A stretch of DNA of 64,000 nt, from IMG/VR virus record IMGVR_UViG_3300027756_000004. The stretch is one strand, 5' to 3'. The position numbers and the translations under genes are program-made. The stretch is from a virus. The notes beneath the pieces are model-generated. The model was not told where the DNA came from, made no database searches, and worked only from the letters and a program-made list of their open reading frames with translations. Below are positions 36,993 to 45,580 of this stretch, piece by piece. The first letter of the stretch is position 1. Each line of letters begins with the position of its first letter.

Positions 36993-37840
36993 ACAAAAAT
37001 CTCCTGGTTAATGATATGATCTAAACTGAACTTGTTCATCACATGCAAATTTATGTTTTGGGCTGCTGTCTTCATGTATGCTGAGCCAGTGAACAATGAC
37101 AATTGCCATCTACCTTGATTAAAACTGTCTGCTCTGTCACGATCTGTGATATAATACAATGAATCAGGCAGTCTACGAGGCCATGATCCTTTGGAATTAC
37201 CATTCAACATGTGAATTGCCATGCTAAAAGCAAAGTCATTTCTAAAATTTTGTTCAGGAATCTGCCAGATAAATCTATAATAGGCCCAATGCTCCTTAAT
37301 GTGTGCAATCAGTTCAAACATTTCACGCACTCTATCTGTTTTTTTAAAATAAAACACAGTGGCCCAATACATCTCCATGCCTGTGTCACTGATGTATTTG
37401 ATTTTCCATTCAGGTTTATTAAAATAATTAATATAGATGGACTGTTGGTGTATCAAAAAATCTTCTTTGCTTTGGAAACATTTGAGTAGGTTTTGATTGC
37501 CCACAATATAATCAGTGTCCATCACAATGGTCTCATCATAAGGAGACAGTTTATATGCGGTGGAGCGCAAATGATTCTTCCATAGATCATTAATTTTTGT
37601 TTCAGCACCATTGTAAAAATCTCTATTTTGAAAAATTAATGGTTCTGTCACTGTGATCACTGTGTCAAACACCTGACTGTATTTTTTGTACTGAGTGTGA
37701 AGATGTTCAGTGTTAGAAGTAATTAATGTTACGGGTTTTTTTAAATATTTTTTAACTTGGATTGCTGAAAATATACTTTGTTTGACATAATCCACAGTGT
37801 CATTGTTGTGAGCAAACATCACAACTCCTTGAGATGACAT
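36989..37840 (-). CDS. Glycosyltransferase-like protein (GT8-like)
   Basis: SPYDETIVMDTDY (DxD) and RNDFAFS. Paralogue of the adjacent gene. Confidence 0.65.
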   Translation of the reverse strand: MSSQGVVMFAHNNDTVDYVKQSIFSAIQVKKYLKKPVTLITSNTEHLHTQYKKYSQVFDTVITVTEPLIFQNRDFYNGAETKINDLWKNHLRSTAYKLSPYDETIVMDTDYIVGNQNLLKCFQSKEDFLIHQQSIYINYFNKPEWKIKYISDTGMEMYWATVFYFKKTDRVREMFELIAHIKEHWAYYRFIWQIPEQNFRNDFAFSMAIHMLNGNSKGSWPRRLPDSLYYITDRDRADSFNQGRWQLSLFTGSAYMKTAAQNINLHVMNKFSLDHIINQEIFV

Positions 37841-37844
37841 ACTG

Positions 37845-38183
37845 TTATATCTTTCCTTTATTAGTGACTAAGGTCCGATACTCCATGTAAAATTGGTTAA
37901 GATTTTTTTGATATAGATTCCAAGCATCATCATAAAATTGTGTAAGGTCAGCAATCATCACAGGATTTCTAAAGTTATCCAACAGTATCACGTCTGTGGT
38001 CCTGTTGAGATCAATGTAGTTCTTACAAATTTGCAATAATGTGTGATCCACAGTGAACTGTGATCCTTCACTGTATATAATGTTGCTATCAAGTAATTGA
38101 TCTTTCAGTAATTTCAATTGATTGTTGAAATTCATCATTTCTATACTTTTTTGATAATGTTTTTCTAATTCTATATTTTTCAT
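37845..38183 (-). CDS. Hypothetical protein
   Basis: ATG 38183 lies just downstream of a sigma70 promoter. Confidence 0.65.
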   Translation of the reverse strand: MKNIELEKHYQKSIEMMNFNNQLKLLKDQLLDSNIIYSEGSQFTVDHTLLQICKNYIDLNRTTDVILLDNFRNPVMIADLTQFYDDAWNLYQKNLNQFYMEYRTLVTNKGKI

Positions 38184-38198
38184 AGCTGTGATATTCAA

Positions 38199-38242
38199 AT
38201 TATATTACATTTACTGAGCAAAGTCAATGACTGTGTATTTAG
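38199..38242 (-). promoter_or_regulatory. sigma70 promoter plus late-type motif
   Basis: On the - strand: TTGACT (38227-38222), 17 nt, TATAAT (38204-38199), and CTAAATA at 38242-38236. Confidence 0.75.
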
Positions 38243-38280
38243 ATTAATAAGTTTTTGATTGTAAAGGATTTGGTAAAGTA

Positions 38281-39183
38281 CTAAAGTATGCTGCCACTCA
38301 TAGCACCAAAAGTTGGTTCAGCAATAGTGATTGGATCAGCCAGTGCTCCGTTGGCTATGCGTCTGTTCACATTGATGTTAAGATTACCATTAACATCTTC
38401 GTCTATGTTAGGATTACCAACGGCTGCATCATTCAAAGTGATTTGAAATTCGATCTGTGTGTTGGCTACACTGAATCTTGCTTGAATATCGAAGTTATTG
38501 GCTGCGTAAGTGCCTGCTGCAGAAGTATTGAACACAGTTTGAAAACTGGTGGTTAAAGTTTGAAAAGCAATTGATCCTGATAGTGTTCCACCAGATCCTG
38601 ATCTAGTAGAAGCAAGATTGGCAAATGTTAATGTGCCCATGTTGGTAGAAAATAATGAATTCCAATCATTCACTTTGGGTGTGGTGCTGACTGATATGTT
38701 CATGTCAATCTGCACAGCTCCGCCTGTGTTAAAAAAATGTCTAGCAGCATTGTTGCTGCCAAAGGTCACTGTGAAATTTCCTACACGTGTGCCATTCCAA
38801 GTGGCTGTGCGAATATAACTGGCAGCAGTGTTGCCTGTAGTCAATCTGCTGGCACTGATGGTGTTTCTATTAGTTTCTATGTTAGTGGCTAATGTTTCAA
38901 AAGTCACATAAGAATTACTAGTTGCATTGGTATCGTCCACTGTGTTGGCACTGCTGACTATTGTTAATGTGGGATAAGAATTATTTTGATGCAAAAATGC
39001 TTTACGTATATCCAATCTTAAAGTGTTCATGTGATCGTCTTCGATCAACTGATTCTGTGCAACTTGATTGCTTTGCAGTGCTTGTCCATATCCAGAATTG
39101 CCAGATCCAGTGCTCAGCACGTTGGACACTTTAGATTGTATAATGTTGTATCTTGCTGCTGTAATTAGATCACCAATAGCCAT
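38281..39183 (-). CDS. Virion structural protein (tail-associated)
   Basis: Thr/Ser/Asn-rich composition, located in the tail module, with CTAAATA at 39203-39209. Confidence 0.6.
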   Translation of the reverse strand: MAIGDLITAARYNIIQSKVSNVLSTGSGNSGYGQALQSNQVAQNQLIEDDHMNTLRLDIRKAFLHQNNSYPTLTIVSSANTVDDTNATSNSYVTFETLATNIETNRNTISASRLTTGNTAASYIRTATWNGTRVGNFTVTFGSNNAARHFFNTGGAVQIDMNISVSTTPKVNDWNSLFSTNMGTLTFANLASTRSGSGGTLSGSIAFQTLTTSFQTVFNTSAAGTYAANNFDIQARFSVANTQIEFQITLNDAAVGNPNIDEDVNGNLNINVNRRIANGALADPITIAEPTFGAMSGSIL

Positions 39184-39255
39184 AAATTATTTCCTATACG
39201 AGTATTTAGTTGGGATATATTGGCCCTGAGATATTTTTGACATATTAGATTGAAT

Positions 39256-40692
39256 TTATTTGATGTAGCACTCTACCAATTTTGAACTAGACCCACTGTG
39301 GGATTCCAACGCCACAGCAAAATAATCACCTTCTGTGACTTTGATACCAATTCCTGCTGTGCTGCTGACTCCAATTTTGTCACCTTTGACCACTGTGCCT
39401 GTGATTAACACTGGTACCCTGCCTTTGAGTGCCACTGCTGTGCCACCTATCAATTCTGAATTCATTAATACTGCAGGAGCTCCGCTGACCACTCCCACCA
39501 CTATGCTGCCCACAGTGGCCTTTTGAATTTCTTTTACGCCGCCTATACTCATCACTGTGCCAATGGGCCAATTGCCATCTGCCAAATATTTCTCTGCTAA
39601 GTCTGCATATCTTGCTTGAGTGGCAACACCATTGAAAATGTTGGCTGTCAAATTGCCTGATGCGTCTCTTAGAGCAGTAGTGTTTACTCCTGCTGTGGTA
39701 GAACCGTTGTATGCTGTGGCTCCTAATTTAATTGCTGTGGCTTCTGATGCCAGTCCTGTAAAGTTGGTGGCGTGAACATTGGCAAATACGTTGCCTACTG
39801 CGCCCAAAGCGTATGTGTTGGTGGCAGCGGGAACCACGCCTGTGGCAGTCACGCTCACAGAGTGAGTGTTGGTGGCACCCATCTTGATCACAGAGCCTAC
39901 TTCATTTATGATACGACCTTCGTTGCCGTTGATGATACTAATTCTTAAATCGTTGCCTGTGCCCACTGTGAATCCAGCATCATCAAAATTGGTGTTGCCA
40001 CCCACTTGTAAAAAGTTGGCTGCTGGTATTCCACCTAATTTTAGTGCGTTGGCTGCAGTGCCCCAGAATCTATGATCTGTGGAAGTGACACCACCTGTGG
40101 CATTTAAAGTGTTCACCATGGTGATACCTTTTTTCACGCTGTCAAATCCTGTGATAAATTGTGTTGGATCCACTGTGTTGATAGTGAATTGACTGTTGCT
40201 GATTAAAAATACTGTGACATCATCTATGATGCCTTCTATAATGGGTTGATTGGCATTTAGTGTGTCTTTGACTGTGCGGCTTTTCAATTGAGTGGTTGTG
40301 GCTCCTGTTCCCTGTGGTCCTACCAATGTGAATGAAGCACCATTGAAAGCATACAATTGTTCATTGGCTGTGTCCCACCAAAAATCACCAGTGGTTAAAC
40401 CTGCTGGTTGGGAGGTGCCTACTTCTGCTCCACCTGTGGTTCTAAATTTTACACCATCATAAAATTTTAATTTGTTTTGTGCTGTGTCAAACCATATCTG
40501 TCCACTTAATGGTCTGCTGGGTGAATTGTTGCTGGCAAAGTTCTCTAATAAATGTAAAAAGTTTTCGTTTTGAATTTCACCATAGCCTGCATAGTTTCTG
40601 CCCACCAATTTAAGATTAGTGGTTTGGTCAATTGTACCATCTTGTATGGTGGTCAGCAATGTTCCGTTTGTTTTATCTATTTGATATGGCAT
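39256..40692 (-). CDS. Tail fibre protein with a C-terminal chaperone/autocleavage-like domain
   Basis: Shared fibre N-terminus (ENFLHLLENFA..GQIWFDT) and C-terminal YADLAEKY...ALKGRVPV. Confidence 0.7.
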   Translation of the reverse strand: MPYQIDKTNGTLLTTIQDGTIDQTTNLKLVGRNYAGYGEIQNENFLHLLENFASNNSPSRPLSGQIWFDTAQNKLKFYDGVKFRTTGGAEVGTSQPAGLTTGDFWWDTANEQLYAFNGASFTLVGPQGTGATTTQLKSRTVKDTLNANQPIIEGIIDDVTVFLISNSQFTINTVDPTQFITGFDSVKKGITMVNTLNATGGVTSTDHRFWGTAANALKLGGIPAANFLQVGGNTNFDDAGFTVGTGNDLRISIINGNEGRIINEVGSVIKMGATNTHSVSVTATGVVPAATNTYALGAVGNVFANVHATNFTGLASEATAIKLGATAYNGSTTAGVNTTALRDASGNLTANIFNGVATQARYADLAEKYLADGNWPIGTVMSIGGVKEIQKATVGSIVVGVVSGAPAVLMNSELIGGTAVALKGRVPVLITGTVVKGDKIGVSSTAGIGIKVTEGDYFAVALESHSGSSSKLVECYIK

Positions 40693-40722
40693 ACTTTTTT
40701 TCCTTTTACAAGTTTATTTATC

Positions 40723-42915
40723 TTACACAGTGGATGTTAAATCACTGTGGAATGTCCAAGCACCCCCTGAAACTATGAATTGTTTTAATCCTCTGCTGAC
40801 CACAGCATTTACAGTGCCAGTAACAGTGCTGAAAGCCACATCCTGCAGCACAGTTTTGTTGGAATTACCCAACTGAGGTGTTCTAGAAACAGTGGCACTT
40901 GATGTGTTGTATAGCGCACCACTCACTGCATTAATTGTGGGTATGGTGGCAGAAACGTTGATGTCAAATTGTGTGCTGGGCACAGCATTTTCTATCACTT
41001 TGGCCACAGTGTAGGTGCCATCGAATCCTGTGGCAGCAAACACTCCTGATCCATTACAACCTGCAATGGTCACTGTGTTGCCCACTTCATAAAAATGTCC
41101 TGACGGAGTGGTAATTCTAATATGTCCTGAATCCAACAGTGCTGCACCACTGAGATAGGTCTGAATGGTTTGCACTGTGTTGGGAGCAGCATTTAAAGTT
41201 TGATCCACTGCTGTGAATGATTCATCCAATGCAGTGTTTAAATTTGCTCCAGGAATATTCACAGCTAAAGAACCTGACTGCACTGTGTGTACTCTGGCTA
41301 TTCTACCTGTGGCACTTGAGGGTATTCCCAATCCTGCTGCTGAATATCCTGCCACTGGATACAAATCATTTAATAATCTTATGATGCTGCCATTTACTCC
41401 GCCTGCCAATGCAGAAAATCCTGTGATGTCTGCCACTAAACTGATGGGCAAGTATCCATCCACATAATCTTTTCTTACAGCATCTGAAGCTGCGCTGGGC
41501 AAACCAATTCCTGTGATCCGAGCAGAGCCTTGCACGCTGATAATGTTTGTGCTGGCTTGCAGTTGTAAATTTCCTGTGGCACTCAGTGTGATGCCTGACA
41601 GTGATAAATTGCCCACATTCAAACTGGTCAAAGTGCCTATGCTGGTCAAGCCAGGTGCACTGATCACTGTGGCACCCAATGCTGTGTTGCTTAATACTGT
41701 GACTCCGTTTATTTTGTATTCTTTGCCAGTGGCCAAATTAAAATGTTCTGAACTTTTTAAAGAAGATGTGGAATTTTGCCACAATAATGTTTTGTTTGTG
41801 GCTGTCGATTTGATCACAATGCCGCCTCCATCTATGTAGGCATCGTCGCCCAAAGCTGTGCCGGTGATTGTGGCCAGTTCTATGGTTTTGTCTTCCACTC
41901 TTAAATCTTCTGCTGTGACTGCTGTGCTGGTGCCGCTGGTGATTAAATTGCCTTGTATTCGCACATCTCCTACGATATCCAAAGGATATGCTGGAGCTGT
42001 ATTGAATATGCCCACTCTTGCTGTGTTGGCTTTTACAAATATTGCTGTGTACTCTGCAGGATTTTTGGCAGTGATGGCAAAGTCAGCATTGCTGACATTG
42101 TTGGCAATGATACTGGTGTTGGGCAATGATGCACTGGAAAATTTCAACGTCAATTGGTTGGCCAATCCCACAGTCAATCCTAAATTGTTCTGCACAGTGA
42201 GAGTGCCTGTGGTCACATCGTTGGCGTCACTGCGCAACAATGAATCAGCCAATATGGTATTGCCTACTCCATCTATTAGTCCTTCTGCCAATGTGGCTAC
42301 ACCTCTGTATTTGTATGTGTTACTGGTGAGATTAAATCCTGGAAAAATTATGCCTGTAGGATTGGATCCTGTGATTAGTTCTGCAATCACCTGCGAAGCA
42401 ATAGGAGTAAATTGTGCTGCACTCCAAACACCTACTAGAGTGTTTTGTACAAAAAATTTTAAAACTGTTTTGGTTTGATTTTGTGTGTTTAATATGCTTT
42501 GCGCCACAAATCCTGACACTCCTTGTGCAGCAGTGTGAGTTGGGCCAACCAAAACTAAATCAGTGCCATCAAAGAAACTCATCTGATTGGTTAAACTGTT
42601 CAGCCATATGTCACCTGTGGTCAATTGAGGTTGAGTGCTGGACACTATAATGCCGTTGGTGGCAAACGCTGTGCCATTGTAAACTTTTAATCTATTTTCT
42701 GATGTGTCATACCACAATTGGCCTCTCAACGGATTGGCTGGTGCAGATGAACTGGCAAAATTTTCCAGCAGTTTTACAAAATTTTCGTTGATTAGTTCAC
42801 CAAACCCTTTGTAATTTCTACCGATCAGTGTGATGTCAGATGCTGATGTGTTTATACTGCCATCCAGCAAATCCACCAACAACGTTCCATCAGTTTTATT
42901 AATTTTATAAGCCAT
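40723..42915 (-). CDS. Tail fibre protein
   Basis: Shared fibre N-terminus, RVGIFNTAP..LDIVG, and DAVRKDYVD. Confidence 0.7.
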   Translation of the reverse strand: MAYKINKTDGTLLVDLLDGSINTSASDITLIGRNYKGFGELINENFVKLLENFASSSAPANPLRGQLWYDTSENRLKVYNGTAFATNGIIVSSTQPQLTTGDIWLNSLTNQMSFFDGTDLVLVGPTHTAAQGVSGFVAQSILNTQNQTKTVLKFFVQNTLVGVWSAAQFTPIASQVIAELITGSNPTGIIFPGFNLTSNTYKYRGVATLAEGLIDGVGNTILADSLLRSDANDVTTGTLTVQNNLGLTVGLANQLTLKFSSASLPNTSIIANNVSNADFAITAKNPAEYTAIFVKANTARVGIFNTAPAYPLDIVGDVRIQGNLITSGTSTAVTAEDLRVEDKTIELATITGTALGDDAYIDGGGIVIKSTATNKTLLWQNSTSSLKSSEHFNLATGKEYKINGVTVLSNTALGATVISAPGLTSIGTLTSLNVGNLSLSGITLSATGNLQLQASTNIISVQGSARITGIGLPSAASDAVRKDYVDGYLPISLVADITGFSALAGGVNGSIIRLLNDLYPVAGYSAAGLGIPSSATGRIARVHTVQSGSLAVNIPGANLNTALDESFTAVDQTLNAAPNTVQTIQTYLSGAALLDSGHIRITTPSGHFYEVGNTVTIAGCNGSGVFAATGFDGTYTVAKVIENAVPSTQFDINVSATIPTINAVSGALYNTSSATVSRTPQLGNSNKTVLQDVAFSTVTGTVNAVVSRGLKQFIVSGGAWTFHSDLTSTV

Positions 42916-44942
42916 TATGGTGTTTGTCCTGAGTAAATTATATAATTGATAGTTAAAAATGGATTCATCACGTCCTGTGCTTGACCCAATGTTGCATTGT
43001 TTACTCCACCACTGCTGGCTATAGCAGAACCTTGTCCAGATCCTGTGGGTGCATCATATGTAATTGCTGTGACTTCTCCTGCGCCTATGCCTGGCACGTC
43101 TCTGATAGCATAATATTGAGCACCCGCCGCTCCTTGTAGATCATGTTCGTGTTCAGGTAAATTTTGTATTGGTATCACTTTGCTTTCTGTGCCACCAAAT
43201 CCGCCCAATGAATCTGCTGCTGTAGCTGTGACTCTGTTGGCTCCTGTGCCTCCCATGTTGTCACGTCCCAGAGGCATTCTGCCTCTGAAGTCTGGAATTA
43301 AAAAATGTGAACCTGTACCGCTGGGTGGTGCACCAAAACTGTGACCAATCACAGCAAACAATTCAGGAAACACACTTCTTAACACTTCTCTGCCGTCACA
43401 GAGTAACCAATATGGAGGTTCTATGTTGCCAGCATATGGAAAAATACTGCCTGCTGGAATTTGTGCTATGGCATTAAACAAATTGCCTCTGTTGATTTTA
43501 AAAACACCTGTGGTGCCAGACACTCTGTTGAATATAAATTCATCGCTGGGCAATGAAGATGCTTGTCCAGTTTTGTTGGCTATAAAACTGTTGCTGACTG
43601 CAGTCACAAAAGTCTTTGTTGTGCCACCTGTTTGTCCATCAAAAGTAAAACTTGCAGCACTGACGTCACCGCTCATAGCAAATGTAGTCAAACTGGTCAA
43701 TTTGTTGCTGGTACCTGAAGCACCACTCACAGTGCCCGTGATGTTGCCAGTTAAATTACCAACAAAATTATTGGCATACACATTTAAATATCTGTTGTTG
43801 ACTGCGCCAATATTGTATGTGTTGTTGGCATTGGGAGCAATGTCTCTGCTGGTGATATTGTCTTGAAATATGGCCGCTTCACCCACATATAATTTTTTTG
43901 CTATGCCAACTCCACCTTTAACTATTAATGCTCCAGAAGTAACACTGTTAGCATTGGTCACAGCATCCACAAACAATGCACCACTTGATTTAATATTACC
44001 AGTGACATCCAAAGCTTCTGACGGAGCCAAAGTATTGATACCTACTTTTGCGTCTGAATCTATTCTCATCACTGTACGAGTAACACCTTGATCATTCACT
44101 CTAAAATCTATGTTAGCACCTGAAGTCTTATGGCTGATGATTGCTGCTTGGCCTTCTATACCAATGTTTAGTGTGGCACTGTTGCCCACGTCCAATCCAT
44201 CATTGCTGTTGATTTTTAATGAAAAGTCAGCTATGTTGGCTTTGTCTTTTCTTAAAAATAAATTTCCTGCAACAATTTCGTTATTTGCAGCAATCAAAGC
44301 ATTGGCTTTTTCAGCGGTGCCATAAAATTGTCCCACACCTGCACCTTCAATATTTGCTGCACTGAGATTGAATCCTGGTTGAATGGTGCTGAAACCTGTG
44401 ATTGCAGCTTTGGGAGTGAATGCTTTGGTGCTGATGATGGCCACTGGTTTGGCTTGTACTTCCAACACCACAACTGTGTAAGTGAGGTTGTCTGTGCCAA
44501 TTATTTCTAATGGCTTACTGCCTGTGCTAAGTCCTTGACTGAATTCTGGTCCCACTAATACCCAGCCTGATCCTGTGAAAAGATACAATTGTTGATTGTC
44601 TGTGTCCACCCAAAGGTCGCCCACCACACTCTCGCCTGCCAGTGGTTGAGTTAATGCTTTTTTTAAACCACCTGAGGCCACCCATTGTGTGCCGTCATAA
44701 ATTTTTAATTGATCCACACCCACTGTGGTATCATACCACAATTGTCCTTCTACTGGATTTGCTGGTGAAGTGTTTTTTGCAAAGTTTTCTAATAAGTGTA
44801 AAAAATTTTCTGCTATAATGGTACCGTATGAAGTGGTGTTGCGTCCTGGCAATGCCAAACTGGTTTGCTGATTGACTGTACCATCGTCCACAGTAAGACT
44901 GCCTTTGTTGACCACATCTGTAAAGTTTACTGTGTATGCCAT
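42915..44942 (-). CDS. Tail fibre protein with a tail-collar domain
   Basis: PAGSIFPYAG..WLLCDG..FPELFAVIG..PDFRGR, LPEHEH and NPFLTINYII. Confidence 0.82.
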   Translation of the reverse strand: MAYTVNFTDVVNKGSLTVDDGTVNQQTSLALPGRNTTSYGTIIAENFLHLLENFAKNTSPANPVEGQLWYDTTVGVDQLKIYDGTQWVASGGLKKALTQPLAGESVVGDLWVDTDNQQLYLFTGSGWVLVGPEFSQGLSTGSKPLEIIGTDNLTYTVVVLEVQAKPVAIISTKAFTPKAAITGFSTIQPGFNLSAANIEGAGVGQFYGTAEKANALIAANNEIVAGNLFLRKDKANIADFSLKINSNDGLDVGNSATLNIGIEGQAAIISHKTSGANIDFRVNDQGVTRTVMRIDSDAKVGINTLAPSEALDVTGNIKSSGALFVDAVTNANSVTSGALIVKGGVGIAKKLYVGEAAIFQDNITSRDIAPNANNTYNIGAVNNRYLNVYANNFVGNLTGNITGTVSGASGTSNKLTSLTTFAMSGDVSAASFTFDGQTGGTTKTFVTAVSNSFIANKTGQASSLPSDEFIFNRVSGTTGVFKINRGNLFNAIAQIPAGSIFPYAGNIEPPYWLLCDGREVLRSVFPELFAVIGHSFGAPPSGTGSHFLIPDFRGRMPLGRDNMGGTGANRVTATAADSLGGFGGTESKVIPIQNLPEHEHDLQGAAGAQYYAIRDVPGIGAGEVTAITYDAPTGSGQGSAIASSGGVNNATLGQAQDVMNPFLTINYIIYSGQTP

Positions 44943-44954
44943 ATTTTATGTATG

Positions 44955-45557
44955 TTATAATCCTGAAAGACTTTGTATTCGCACTGTGTAATCTATCTGT
45001 ATTAATCTGTTTAAACTTTTTTGCACTGGATGGAAAATTACGTGTGTCAACAATCTTCCGGTGCCTGAACTGGAATAACTTTGTAAACCTAATTCATCAA
45101 ACACATAAAGATTTTCTGTGCCTGTGGCTGCGTCCACTGCGTCTTGTCCACTGGGTTCACCATAGTCTAGCAAACAAGTCACCAGGATGTCAGTGTAATT
45201 GGTACCACTCACGTGTCTAGTTTCAATTTTATTTCTCACTGGATCTGTGTTGCTAACTGATCTGTCATCAACCACTTTGCTGAATGTTTGATTATAAAGT
45301 GTGGCATTGGTGCCTGTGGAATTAGGAGTTAGATAGGTCACTATGCCTGTGGGATCAATGTAGGTACCACCTGTGCCGAACACCATGGAATTTATAAAAC
45401 CTTGACCTTCGTTGGCCAAACTTTCTGCCAATCCAATGCTCATGTTTTCATAATGAATAGCATTGCGTTTGTTCACCAGTATTTCACCAGTGGTTGGGTC
45501 TATTATCTTGATGTGTCCCTGTATCAGCGTGCCGTTGTGTTCATTAAAATTGTTCAT
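44955..45557 (-). CDS. Putative baseplate/tail structural protein
   Basis: 200-aa ORF between baseplate and fibre genes, with a late motif upstream. Confidence 0.6.
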   Translation of the reverse strand: MNNFNEHNGTLIQGHIKIIDPTTGEILVNKRNAIHYENMSIGLAESLANEGQGFINSMVFGTGGTYIDPTGIVTYLTPNSTGTNATLYNQTFSKVVDDRSVSNTDPVRNKIETRHVSGTNYTDILVTCLLDYGEPSGQDAVDAATGTENLYVFDELGLQSYSSSGTGRLLTHVIFHPVQKSLNRLIQIDYTVRIQSLSGL

Positions 45558-45580
45558 TCGATCATCCTTTTATCATGTAT

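Noticed and set aside
12646-37840. RiPP cluster with a short precursor peptide
   Set aside because: Genes abut or overlap. The only sizeable gaps (40-80 nt) are occupied by promoter motifs, so no precursor ORF is evident here.
39237-39265. TTGACA on the + strand in an intergenic gap
   Set aside because: No -10 element at the proper spacing and no + strand gene downstream.
41213-44510. Long antisense ORFs opposite fibre genes (e.g. 41858-42478, 43423-43866), and similar ones elsewhere
   Set aside because: They mirror the codon bias of the real minus-strand genes, lack RBSs or motifs, and overlap confident CDSs fully.
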